Assembly (NCBI RefSeq): GCF_964194025.1
Contig: NC_134482.1
Coordinates: 15,438,001 to 15,502,000 of the forward strand
Origin: Convolutriloba macropyga
Lineage: Eukaryota
DNA length: 64,000 bases
Direction: 5' to 3'
Shown here: positions 1 to 12,099 of the stretch, one piece after another
How the letters are laid out: each line of letters starts with the position of its first letter
How positions within the stretch are numbered: position 1 is the first letter of the stretch
The notes under the pieces: generated by a model
The model's database searches: none
Told to the model about the DNA's origin: nothing
The model's input: the letters and a program-made list of their open reading frames with translations, nothing else
Made by a program: the position numbers and the translations under genes

Positions 1-469
1 ACTAGTATTTAGTTCGTTAAAACCAATATAAGAAAAATTTAATTAGATTTTAATTAGATTCAATGTCTCAGAGATTCAATGAGATCTATCATTAGTTAAA
101 TAAAGGATCAGAAAACAAAAAAAAACGCTCAAAGCTCTAAAAATTATCACAAAGAAATTATGAAAATTAATGGAATCTAAGTCGTTGAAAGCGTTAAGTA
201 TGACAAAAGCCATTAAATCAATTCAATTACAGGTCATTGTGAAACCTGTGATTCACCAAACTTAAAAACAGTATGGCAGAGGGACTATAATACTGGCAAA
301 ACTAACAAATTCTTTAGTGTTTCATGGAAATAAATAGTATCTAAGCTCTTGGGACAGGTAGATATCAATTGAAAACTAACGTCGGATGAATTGCTCCCAA
401 ACTACAAGCGGTGGCAAATTAATTTAGGAAGTTAAGCTCAGAAAATTTTTGATGGGTGCAAAAAAAATC

Positions 470-546
470 CGACCTGATATAGGGATTCGAACACGCGACC
501 TACGGGACGTCACAGTCTGACATCTTAACCACTACTTGAGAACGGC
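470..546 (-). mobile_element. tRNA-derived SINE head / tRNA pseudogene (possibly His-like)
   Basis: Minus strand GCCGTTCTCAAGTAGTGGTTAAGATGTCAGACTGTGACGTCCCGTAGGTCGCGTGTTCGAATCCC: A-box-like TAGTGG, B-box GTTCGAATC, loop CTGTGAC (GTG). Stems do not pair, so not a functional tRNA. Related copy at 10782-10854. Confidence 0.55.
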
Positions 547-3016
547 TATGATATTTAACGGCTCACAGTCGATTTTAATTTAGCAGCGCACTTTAATTCG
601 GTATGCCAGCTATTGATATTGCACAAAATTTAGAAGGCAAGGTCACCTGAAAGCGAAGAATGTTCTAGAACAAAAGTGCCAAAACGGTCAAGCAAAAATT
701 TTGCATAAAAAGGACACGTTTACAACAACTGCTTCAAAGTTCCCTCGAGAGTAATTATACATCAACGAGATTCAATTAGAACGCGCTGCAGTGTCAATGA
801 CGAAGCAACAGGACTACGGACCACAAAACAGTGAAAACTCAAATAGTACTAGTATTTAATGAAAGCACAGTGTCAATGTCAAATGAACCATTAGCTGCCA
901 TTTAAGGCACTCATAAAGCTGCAACTCGGAAACAATAGAACAAATGTATGCCATCTAGTAATATAGTAAAAATTTTTACAACTAGTCAAATTGCCTCATC
1001 TCAAAAGATCTCTCAGAAACAGCTAAATTTCTTCCAACGCTGTTATTTCACTTCAATTCAAACAGCAATCATGAAAAAAATACGCCTTCCCACATGTTTT
1101 TCTCTCTTTTTACATCTCCAGCGTGTCGAAAATTCTCAAAATTTTGAATTTCAATTGACAACAAGAAGTTCCACAAAAGGTGAACAGAAAAAAAAAACAC
1201 AATTCAAATTCTTCGAATTTGAAAAATTAAGAAAACAGTAATTTAACTTGGCTTAAATTATAGCTTTGTACCTATGCTAACCGGTTTAAATGATTCAATC
1301 AGTTAAATAAGGATAAAAGTGGGCTCATTTTATATGAATCCAAGTCCAAGAAGCAATTCATATCAAATATTGTCAACACATTTTTCATAACATTCTGCCT
1401 ATTCCTGCGATTACACTCACATAGGACTGGTTGAACTTTCCGGTGGAGAGCACACAGGCGTCAGATATCATTAACTTTGGGAGTAAAAAACACATATCCA
1501 TTTAGTTTTAGTTTGCAGATCAATGGGCTATTTTTTAAAATCAAAAATATTTACAGGGGAAAACAATTTAATCAAAGTAAAAGTTTCAGAAAAATCTCAA
1601 ATAACCACTCCCACTCTAAAAGATATAGCAAGCAAATTGCTGGAAAACCGCGGCCGTTGACCCCCTTGACGTTCTCTTGGATGCGAAAAAGAAAAGGAAA
1701 AGAAAAGATACAAACTGACAGCTTTTTCCAATAAATTGGCAAAAACAATTTCTAATTTGATGTTTATTTAGATTCAAGGTGTATATTTAATTAGTTTATT
1801 TAGATTTAATTACACTGGATTCAGCTTCAAAAATGAGCTTAATACTTTTACAACTGTCTCTAATGAATTTTGTTTACATAATGCACTAGGACTTGGTGGT
1901 AGGGCTTTATCGGTTGACTCCACATCTTTCAATTTTGCTCTTTACACATTAACCGCATTCCTTTTGTTGCTCAAATTTATTCTGAATGAAACCTTAATTC
2001 CATTCAGTTGAAACTGAGATACGTAAACCAGAGACCAAAGGTAAAAAAATGAATTGTTTAAAACGCAAAACTTAAACAGAAGGTAAAGGGAACTAAATGT
2101 AAAAACATAGGCGGAACACTCTGGAAACGACCCAAATCAAGTTGCAGGGAATTCAATTCGAAATAACTTCGAGGTAAAGAAAAATGAACATAGCTGGCAG
2201 ATAGCCAGAATATAGCTGCGATAGCTTTGTAGACCTGCAGTCTCAGAAAGACAAGACCGAAGAAGAGAAATTTCAGTTTTGAACTAATTTCTGAGAAGTC
2301 GTATTCTTAAGAAATAGCATGAATTGTGTTGTTTATGTTAGCTCCACTCAAATAACCGTCCTTTAGTGTGAAATAATTTGAATTGACATTATCTCCTTCG
2401 ATATTGAAGTTAGCAAAAAATGATTTCTGCGCGAGGAATTCTTCTTAGTGAGGCAAGTCATGAGTGGCCAAAAACCTAATCAACAGAAAAAGTTCCTCCA
2501 GCAGGAGTTTTAAAAGACGCCGCGCACGCAATTCAGTCAAAATGGCATGAATGAAGAGCACATTTAAAGTGAGTGCGAACTCATTTAGTCGTAATTTAGT
2601 TGTAATTTAGTTACATTTAGTTGTAATCTTCACGATGACAAAGCCAAAGAAAGTGCAGTTAATTAAAAAAGCGAAATCTCAAACTTCGTTAAAAAATATA
2701 AAGAAATCGTTAAAAATCTGATCATGACCCTCTCTAAATTGCAAAACCAAAAAATTATGCCCAACTGTGGGATATCATTTATGATGAGTCAACGACTGTC
2801 AATATGACAGAAAAATAACAAAGAATGCCGAGGAAAAGGGAAAAAGACAAAGAATTCTTAAAAACGATGAAAAGTTGCGAAACTTTCAAACAATAGTTCT
2901 CCGGGGCCCTTTAAAAACCCTTTAAATACTGCTAAAAGACTTAATTTTGCCTGACAATTATTTGATCACTTTGTGAAGCTTTAAAAAGCGGACATGAAAA
3001 CTAAAAAATTTCAAAC

Positions 3017-3210
3017 CTGTACACGTCAGCTGCTGAGTCTGGCTGCTCGGAATTGATTTCAATCTCAGGCGCCATAAAGCCCGGCGACCCCTTACATGTT
3101 CCAGTTTGATTGCTCTTAAAAGTGGATGAATTGAAGTCTGATATCTTGCAGGTATAAAAGTCGTAGTCAACGCCCTCAACTGTTCTTGGGAACATTAGAA
3201 TGTTCTCGGG
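3017..3210 (-). CDS. TKL/TAK1-like kinase, coding exon 3 (subdomains VIb-IX)
   Basis: ttttag|CCC acceptor (phase 0), AG|gtttga donor (phase 2); PENILMFPRTVEGVDYDFYTCKISDFNSSTFKSNQTGTCKGSPGFMAPEIEINSEQPDSAADVY(S). Joins HRDLK of exon 2 to give HRDLKPEN. Confidence 0.85.
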
Positions 3211-3929
3211 CTAAAATATCAACTCAATAAAACAAAATCTAAACCACTTTAAGTAATTCTGCAGAGTCCAGCTTAGATGTGATACGGCTCTACTTCTTTT
3301 CACCCTGATTCATTTAACCCCGCTTTATATAAACATATATTTTCACCCCGTAAACTCTTAACCCCAAAATGCTTTCCCCAAAACCTGCATATATCTATTT
3401 TTGATTATTAATCAACAAAATTGTCACCCAACACTACGTATTTCCTAATATTTGAATTATAATGCTACTAATTATGCAAGCGCTTAGAATCGGGTTAAAA
3501 TGATAGAGGGATGAAATAATGGGGGGTTAAATGACACGGTGAAACTAAAGGAGTGAAACAGTGGGTCTCTATCTGAAACGCTTTTTCGGCTGACGTCGGA
3601 AGAAAGCCACTCGCAGTGACAATTTATTAAAACAGTCGCATATAAAGACTAACTCCACGCAATGATGCCTATGATGCTTACTACTCACGAAAAAGGCGCA
3701 TAAAATTGTAAACTTGTTTGCACAGGTTTGAAGAACAGATTCTTCTTATGCTAACGCCAGTCTGCTTTGTAGGCATTACTTAAACTGTTTAGGAATTTCC
3801 GTAAAATTACGTTACATGACCACAAAGCCGAAGTGGGGCTATAATGGAAAAGGCCCTAAATTTCAATGACATCAATTTATATTTAGTTATTATCACGAAA
3901 TCATTCCACATTTTACTACGAAGAATTAC

Positions 3930-4091
3930 CTTGAGGTCCCGATGCACGACTTTTTTATTGTGTTGTTGCAGATATTCAAGAGCATGTGCTAATTGACAGA
4001 CCCAGTGGATAACATGGACATAGCTGTATACATACACATTGTACATCACCCACGAGTCTTCATAGAACCCTGTGCGGTCATCACTTTCGGG
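3930..4091 (-). CDS. TKL/TAK1-like kinase, coding exon 2 (insert, subdomain VIa, HRDLK)
   Basis: ttcttcag|CCC acceptor and AAG|gtaatt donor; 162 nt, phase 0/0; PESDDRTGFYEDSWVMYNVYVYSYVHVIHWVCQLAHALEYLQQHNKKVVHRDLK. The HxxxWxxQ...HRDLK pattern recalls TAK1. Confidence 0.85.
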
Positions 4092-4694
4092 CTGAAGAAC
4101 AATTAACTACTAGAAACCCAGCCGAATAATCAAAGAAGGATTTAATGATACGCGCGAGGCCCAAACTCCCCAAAATTGGCCTTAGAGCTCAAAGATAACT
4201 GAACAGACCCTTAACGCCCTGAGACATTACAAATTCAACCCGCTTTTGAGTAAGAAAAATTAAAAAGCGTCAGAATAAAAATCGATCCAGCAAAAAATAC
4301 ATGAAAAGACCAACGTGACTCAAATAATTGCTCCAAACTTTGTTTGAGAACAATTAAAAAGTAATGTCGCAAATAATCTCCGGGGCAGCAACTTCTACTC
4401 ACCCACCCACGTAAAAGTGAAAATAGTCAACATCAAAAGTTACATAAACAGATAAAAAATCGTACAAGTGAAAAATCGAAGACCAACAGAATTAATGTAA
4501 TAGGTAAAATTAGTTTGAGAGCAAAGACACAATTATCAAAAACGAGTAAAAAATATATTTAAAAAAATTGCTAATATCTCCCAAGGCATCTAAAATAATG
4601 TTTAAAAAAGCAGCTGCTTCAAAACCAAAACAACTGAGACCATTTTCCGACGAAAAAATTACCGGTATAACTAAGCACAAAAAAGCTGAACCGT

Positions 4695-4751
4695 CAAATT
4701 TACAGATTATAAACTGCCGGCAAATTTACAGATTATAAACTGCCGGCAAAT
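4695..4751. repeat. Perfect 26-bp tandem duplication
   Basis: CAAATTTACAGATTATAAACTGCCGG x2 followed by CAAAT. Confidence 0.9.
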
Positions 4752-7700
4752 ATTCACCGTATTCCGGAATCATAACTTTTGGGGTTTCAATACTTAATTT
4801 TTCAAAGCAATTCAAAAATAACTATACTATACGGATTATATTTATTGCAATAATTGATTAGGAAGAATTAGGTCGAGAAGAAACGATGCGTAAGATAGCA
4901 GACAAAGAACTTAGATAGCAGACAAAGAATTTATGAGAAAATAGCGTTCAGATTGCCCTCGAATAGCTTCCATAGCTTCATAGAAAGAGCTTTAGTCAGC
5001 AAATTTCAATAAAAAGAATAACATCTAAATTTGAAAACAGTGGTGATTTTTGTAACTGATTTCTGCGTATGCAAAATAAAGTTTACTTCAAATAAACAAT
5101 CAAAATTAGGCTCCAATAAATGATATCAGGCGCGCTATGCAGTTAAAAATCATCAGTGAACTAACAAAAATGCTGATTTAAAGCGAGCGACGTAACTGGT
5201 CACCAAAAAGCAGCAGACAAAAAACAACAGTAACACTTTTTGCAACAAAGTGCAAGCACTGGGCTCAAAAAATAATACACATTCCAAAAAAAAACGATCA
5301 TCAAAACCTATAGATTACACAAAAACGACAAAATAACTAATTATTCCTAATTTAAAACCCATTTTGGTTGATCAGAGTTGCAACTAAAAAAATCCCATCG
5401 AAAATCCGCATGTGCTCAAAAGTGTTTACACTTAATTCAACGTTTCATTGTGGTTTTACCAACATAAAAACATACCCAACAAACTCCGGAACAGCTTTAT
5501 GACTTTGAAAATCACTTTGTTAAACAATTAAAGAATGAAGCTGTGAACATAAAAAATTTTCAAGCAAAACTATTTAAAAAACAAAAAATATCAGTTTGTT
5601 AAGACATTTCTCGAGCCAAAGGATTTTTTTCTCATGAATGCTTTCGAAAAAATACTAAAATCATAACCCGAAAAATTGCCTAAAAAAATTCAGAAGTTGT
5701 TATATCAACCTATATCGTCGTTCCAATTCAGTAAAATGCCAGTATAATGCAAAATGAAGGGATTTTTTAAACAAAAATTCCAAAAAAAACTTCCGACTTC
5801 TGGAAACGAAAAGAAAAGTTGCAAAAAATATAAGGGGATTAAACAGGAAGAAAGACTATCAGAGATCTTTTTCTTCCACTTAATCGAAATTGGACAGGAA
5901 AATCGAAAAAAAGTCTGACAACACTGTCTCAAAATCACAATAGCACATTAAAAACCCTTAAACTCGCCAAAACAACTGCTTAACAACAAATATGCATAAA
6001 TCACCTTCAAAACCTATGGAGCAGTATAGAGGAAATATTTAAGAGCCAACATTTTTTGATTTAAATTCAAATGGAAATTTGGCAAAAACCAAATGAAAAA
6101 CTTATAGAACGTACTTCAAAATTCACTTGACGCTAAAAAGTACTCAAGTATCGTTGATAATTGTCTTTATATGAAAAAGATTATTTATTAGAGTGCTTGC
6201 AAAATGCGTGTGTAAATCCGAACTTCACTACTTTTTCAATCATTACATCATTTCTAAAAAGATCGGAAACATCCGAAAAAAAAGTTAACATCCAACAACA
6301 GTTAAACAGTGGAGAACACCAGAAAAACTCAATTCCCTCATTCTGATTAGTTTAGGGCTAAGTGGAGCAATAAACTTTTCAGCAAAATTTTGGCGAAATA
6401 GGGGAGAGACACCTAAATTCAAAAACAACTGTTAAGGACACTTGACAATGTGATAGCATCGAGTGGATTTTGAAGTACGATCTGTCTTCAACTGCTCTTC
6501 AACTAATTTCGAAAAATTTTCGCCTAATGAGCTACAAAATTTGCGTCGCCTAATCGAGCCTTCGCCGAAACCCCACCCCCGTTTCAAATACACACCAACC
6601 AAAGTACCGGCAAAATATCTACAAATTGAATCTGAATACCTAAGATATTTTCATAACTTATTTAAAAACCATTTTGGTTGAGATCAGAATTTTAACTTAA
6701 AAAATGAATCAAAAATTCTCAACTGATCAAAAGGGGGTTACTATTAAGTCATCATGTTTCACTGTGATTTAACCCATTTAAAAAACATACCCAATAAATG
6801 CCTTTGAGAAGCACTTTGTTGAACAATTTAAAAATGAAGTTGTGAATATACAAAAGTATTCTCTGAAACCTATGTAAAAACCAACGAATATCATTTAGTT
6901 AAGACATTTTCTCAAGCCAAGTGATTTTTTCTAATAAACGCTTCAAAGAAATTCCAAAATAAAAACGTGAAAATGGCCAGTTGCAAATAATACAAAAAAT
7001 GAAAGGAAAAAATTTTTAAAAAATTCAAAAAATACAGAGAACACATCAAAAAACAAACATAACACAGGAAAAGACAGTCAATAAGAATCACATTTTAGCA
7101 CGAAGATGACGTTCTGTCCTATAAATACAAATGTCAGAATAATCGATACAAAAATATATAAAATAGAAAACAGTCTACAATGTGCCGAATTTATGAAGGT
7201 GAAATTACATCTCTTAAACCCCAGGAAACATCCAACGAAACCGATTTTGACAGATTCTGAATAGTTTATAGCTATGGGGAGCAAAAATCTCCAGTGGAAA
7301 AAGTTTGCAAAATAAGGGAGAGGCACCGAAATTCAAATCCTGCAAATGCTTAATAATTGAAAAACCAATGACTATGTTTTTGTCAGTTATTATTAAATTA
7401 AAAGAATTATTAGTACTTGACCATTTGATAGCGTCAAGTGAGTATTGAAGTACCGTCTCTGAGTTTTTCATCTGGTCTTCGCTTAAATAGAGAAAACTAG
7501 TTGAAAACTTTGGCCTAATGGCTAAAAAATTTACTTTGCTTAATCGAGCTTTCACATAACAGCCCTCCCCCGTTTCAAGTACACACCAACAAAACTATTG
7601 ATCAAAAATGATGCTCGACGAATACTCCTCTCCAAGTCGTAAAAACAGAATTCATAAGGCCTATATGAGGCTTAAAAACAGAAGATCACTATATCTACCC

Positions 7701-8009
7701 ATCGCATAAAAATTAATCACAATCAAAACATACAAGCTCCAAAACGAGAGGATAAATGACGTCTCACAAGCAATTCAAACAGTTGAAATTTAAATCAATG
7801 CAGAGAAAAATCTGACTTGAAGTAAGTGGAACGCTATAAGGTTATAACAATATTTAACAAGAACACCAATAGTGGCTCTGCTCAGCTATTGTTTCATGTC
7901 AGCTTTTATTTAAAAAACCAAAAAAGACCGCAACGTTGAGAAACTAAAAAGAAATGGAAAACAAAAAAGAGCAGGGGAAAAAAGCAACCAAACCCATTTG
8001 TCATAAACT

Positions 8010-8415
8010 GGTCAGCATCGGGGCAACAGTGGGGGGGGGGGGGGGTCAACGGTTGAAGGGCGGTTTTTGGCTGCACGGGGCCCTTAGGGTCTCAACGATG
8101 TGCAGGGGGAGATTGGGGTGGTTAAAGTGAGAGGGGGGGGGGGCTGATGGGGGGGGGGGGGGAGTTGTCAACCTAAGAACCGCCGGTCACACCATAAGTA
8201 TAAGTCTCCAAAAGTTTCTGTGAGTCCATACTTGGAGACCAGTAAGCCGAAAGGGTTTAAGAGCACTTAATGCCCGCTGGGCTACCTATTTATCCCGTTT
8301 CTGAGGACGAAAAGTCAAATGGTCAGACGAAAAATCGATCAAGCGAAAACTCGCATAAAAAGACCGACAGGACTAATATAATTGCTACAAACTTCGTTTG
8401 AGAGCAATTAAACAT
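8010..8415 (+). repeat. Dispersed G-run-rich repeat, copy 1
   Basis: Multiple long G tracts followed by a ~250-bp core (GTCAACC..TAAGAACCGCC..TCACACCATAAGTATAAGTCTCC...GCTACAAACTTCGTTTGAGAGCAATTAAA) nearly identical to 11635-11885; a more diverged core lies at ~4150-4360. Confidence 0.8.
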
Positions 8416-10781
8416 AACAGGAGTGGCATTAATTGAAGTGGATTGCACATAAAGTTACAAATTGGATCATAATGTTGCAAACCTTATATTGAAGAAATTG
8501 AAAAACAACTTGAAAAAACAGTTCAAATATGTTTTGTGATGTTAACATTACTCAAAATGGACAAAAATAACTTATCCCTGCAAAAGACGATCAGAAAGAG
8601 CTAGTCCTATATATTTCATCAAACTTGGACAAGAAATCTGTAAATATTGTCTGAGAACTGACAACTATGTCTCAAAACCACAATAGCAAAAATCACCACA
8701 AACAACCACTTAACAACAAATATGCCTAAATCACCTTGAAAACATATCAAGCAGTCTAGAGGTTTCAATTAAGGGCGAGAAAAATAGCTTAACAAAACCT
8801 GAACAAAGAAACGGCTTCAAAATTGCCACACAAGATCAAAAATTTTTGTCACGCCCCTATTTCGTGCCTCATAGTTACGTGATCATTTTTCTACAAATAT
8901 CCAAAAATAGTGCTAATAATTTAGTTCATATTTAGATAGATCTCAAGGCCATATCTAGCCAGTATTTCCATCTAGGCCTGTAACCCCTTATTTGTTTATG
9001 TTTACTAAAAACAACCGCAGATTGACAGTTTACTGATAAACATATTAAGTGCCTAAAAGCCTCAATATTTACCTTTTTGAGTTCCCTGACGATGAATTCG
9101 CATATTTGGTAAATAACTTGATGAGAAACCATGTACTTGGTGAAGTAATTATTCTGATAAAGTAGGTGCTAATACGGAAATTGTGTATGTACTTAACAAA
9201 CATCAAGAGACGTACAAAAGCCGGAAATTGCCCAACTTTTAGAAGGATTTGCGAAGAACCAATACAATTCAAGGTAAAGCCTTGCGGAACCCACGATCAC
9301 CAGAACACGGAGAACCAGCGTGCCAACCAGTTGATAAAAAACTCAATAATAATCTTGAAACTTCTTATTCTATCTCTGAAAACTTTGTTATAATTTCTGT
9401 TAAAATAATTAAAGATTGAACTGGAAAATCTTTATAAAATGCTAAGTTAAAAAAGGCTTCCTTAGAGCTTAATAACAACTGAGTAAAACTTGAAAAAACA
9501 AGGCAATTAGTGGATATATCACGCATCTGAACCGCTCAATAAAAGGCTATTACTGGCTAACTTTATTCAAAATATATTTGCTAAAAATCGCACTGTAAAA
9601 TATCTAAATAAATCCTTTTATAATTACGATTATTCAAGTTGATTACTCCTAAATTTAACCTCAATAAAACCTCGCGGGACATTCTTAAAAATCAGTGCGT
9701 AACAATTTTCTAGCAAAGCAAAAACTTTTGTGCTTCCAATTTTTTTTCATTCTGTCTGAATAAAGAGGCATCAACATAAAAAAGACCGATAGAAAACCAA
9801 TGCTCCTCTTCGAGTCGTAACAACTTTCTTCCTGCGACTCTTCAAATTCTGCAGATACTTTGTTTTAGGCGTTTCATTTCCTGTTTTGGGTCGTAGGATT
9901 TTATAATTGGGAAGAAACTTTCCAAAACATCAAAAGGATGGCTGCCGCCAATTATCCTTTTGCAATTTCTTATGGATTCGTTCACTGCATTGGAGAATTG
10001 CACAAAAGCAGCAAACAAATATGTGTCAAAACTGGTAAAATTTATCTTTTTTCATTTAGCTTCCACTGGGTATCTAACTTCTTGAAAAATTCTCTTGAAT
10101 ATTTGTAACAAGTTCAAGGCTTCAGGTTTGCATGGTAGTCCAGAAAAAGGGCAAGCAATAAATCCATGGCCTTCAAAATTTTGTAATAGTATCTTCTGAG
10201 AAAACTAATAATTTATTGGTTCCGTTTTTCATATTATTAAAAACCTTCAATTCAAACACTCCATTTAAAAATTTTAAATCTGTAGAACCTAAAAAAAACT
10301 ACCATCAGTAGTGCAGAGCAGCCAAAGGAACATCTTATATTTAATTGCGAAAATGCATGATTACATTTTAGATTGAGGTAAAATGAAAAAGGATCCAAAT
10401 TCTCCGAGCATTTCCCGCATTTTTACAACTTCCAGCCATGCCATTTCTTGGACAGTTTTTTTCACAAGATCCTCAAAACTCAAAAACGTGGTACCACTTT
10501 TTTCTCATCAGCTAGATATTTAAAAAATACACTCTCAAAAAATGGGGGGTCACTGTATGGGTATAGAAAATATAAACAAGAATCTTTTAAAAACTGGAAT
10601 TTTAAACCTAAATAATAACTCTCTAATATACTTCTCAATATCTTCAGTGCTTGCCAAGGAAGAACAATTTTCCGTTTGTTGCAGCTTATTACGATATCTA
10701 ACGTATCCACAGTTAAACATAAACAAACTAATGTCGGCAATACAATTGGGATGTAAATTAGATGTTTTGTGGGCGCAAAAA

Positions 10782-10854
10782 CGCCTACACAGGTGTTCGA
10801 ACCCCAGAGCTGAAAGTTACCAGCCTGACATCTTAACCACTCAGCTACAAAGGG
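10782..10854 (-). mobile_element. tRNA-derived SINE head, second copy
   Basis: Minus strand TAGCTGAGTGGTTAAGATGTCAGGCTGG...GGGGTTCGAACACC: A box TAGCTGAGTGG, B box GGTTCGAAC; shares GTGGTTAAGATGTCAG with 470-546. Confidence 0.55.
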
Positions 10855-11489
10855 TTTGATTTTCTTTCCCTCACAATCACTCCAAGCAGCAAAAATAATT
10901 TCAGAATGAGTGCAACGAAGATCACAACAAAACTGAAGAACTAAACAGAAACAGTAACGCAAGAAGTAAAAGAATATTCTAGAACAAAAGCATCAAGTAA
11001 AAAAACAACCACTTATATATAATAAATGCTTCAACCTTCGTTCAAGAGCAATTAAAAACTTGATATTAACATTTCCGAGTTAGTTTTTTTAATCTTTTTC
11101 TCATCAAAATTTTTTTTTTCTGACTGAACGATAGTTTATCACTGTTTCGAAGGTTAAAAAAGAAGTAAGATAATACATAGCTGGCAGATTTCCAGAAAAC
11201 AACTGCGATAGCTTTGCAGACCTGTGGTCTCCAAAACCCATAAAATATTGGATTGGTTTTACTATTGATTCTGATGTCTCCAAATGATTTACATTGAGGT
11301 ACTGTCAATCTGCCCTCAAAAATAACCCTCATTTAGAGTTTGATATCCTTAATTGACGACTTCAATCATCCTATTAAACTATACAAGAATATGAGGGAAA
11401 GGAAGTCATTTTGAGAGTGAGGTAAGTAAGGCAAAAAACATAACCGACTAACGTCGGGCGAGCTGCTCTCAAACGACCGGCGAGCAGTT

Positions 11490-11885
11490 GGCTTGGTCAG
11501 TAGCTAGCCACGGGGGGGGGGGGGGGGGCACCGGGGGCTGATAGGGGCAGCACTGGGTGGGGGGGGGGGGCAAAAGCGCGGTGGGGGGGGGGTGGGGCCA
11601 ATAGTGGGGGTGGAGGGTCAACAAAGGGGGGGGTGTCAACCTCTAAGAACCGCCCCTCACACCATAAGTATAAGTATAAGTCTCCAAGACAGTTTGAGCT
11701 GAAACAGACCTGAAAGGCCTCTAAGAGCACATAATGCCCGCCTGGGCGCTACCTGTTTATCCCGTTTTTGAGGACGAAAATTCAAAAGCGTCAGACGAAA
11801 AATTGGTCAGCGAAAAATCGCATAAAAAAAGACCGACAGGACTAATATAATTGCTACAAACTTCGTTTGAGAGCAATTAAAAACC
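11490..11885 (+). repeat. Dispersed G-run-rich repeat, copy 2
   Basis: Same structure as 8010-8415. The Pro-rich ORF 11497-11730(-) is only the complement of the G tracts. Confidence 0.8.
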
Positions 11886-12099
11886 AATTCACGCGAATGG
11901 AAAACGCACCAAGAAGTAATAAATACGTCACGCAAGTAATTAAGCCAATTACTTGAATGAAAGAATGAAAAGGGCCATAGATTGGGGACAAGAATAACTC
12001 AGTGTCAACTAAATGCTATATGCAACATAAAGGGGGCTGTGATGGGAGATAACCGAAAAAGAATTAAAAAATGTAACGTTTAAAATGAAAAGGAATGGT

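Noticed and set aside
381-401. Kinase exon 4 (would continue DVY-SLGAI on the minus strand)
   Set aside because: Only 21 nt, no WE or subdomain IX continuation, and the segment is paralogous to the repeat at 11447-11490.
470-546. Functional tRNA-His gene
   Set aside because: Acceptor, anticodon and T stems do not pair; kept only as a SINE/pseudogene head.
1421-1510. Kinase exon 4 candidate ending at a GTGAGT donor
   Set aside because: No phase-2 acceptor giving an open, kinase-like frame.
11497-11730. Proline-rich protein ORF (likewise 43419-43634 and 53885-54294 on the minus strand)
   Set aside because: Prolines come from G homopolymer tracts; no other coding evidence.
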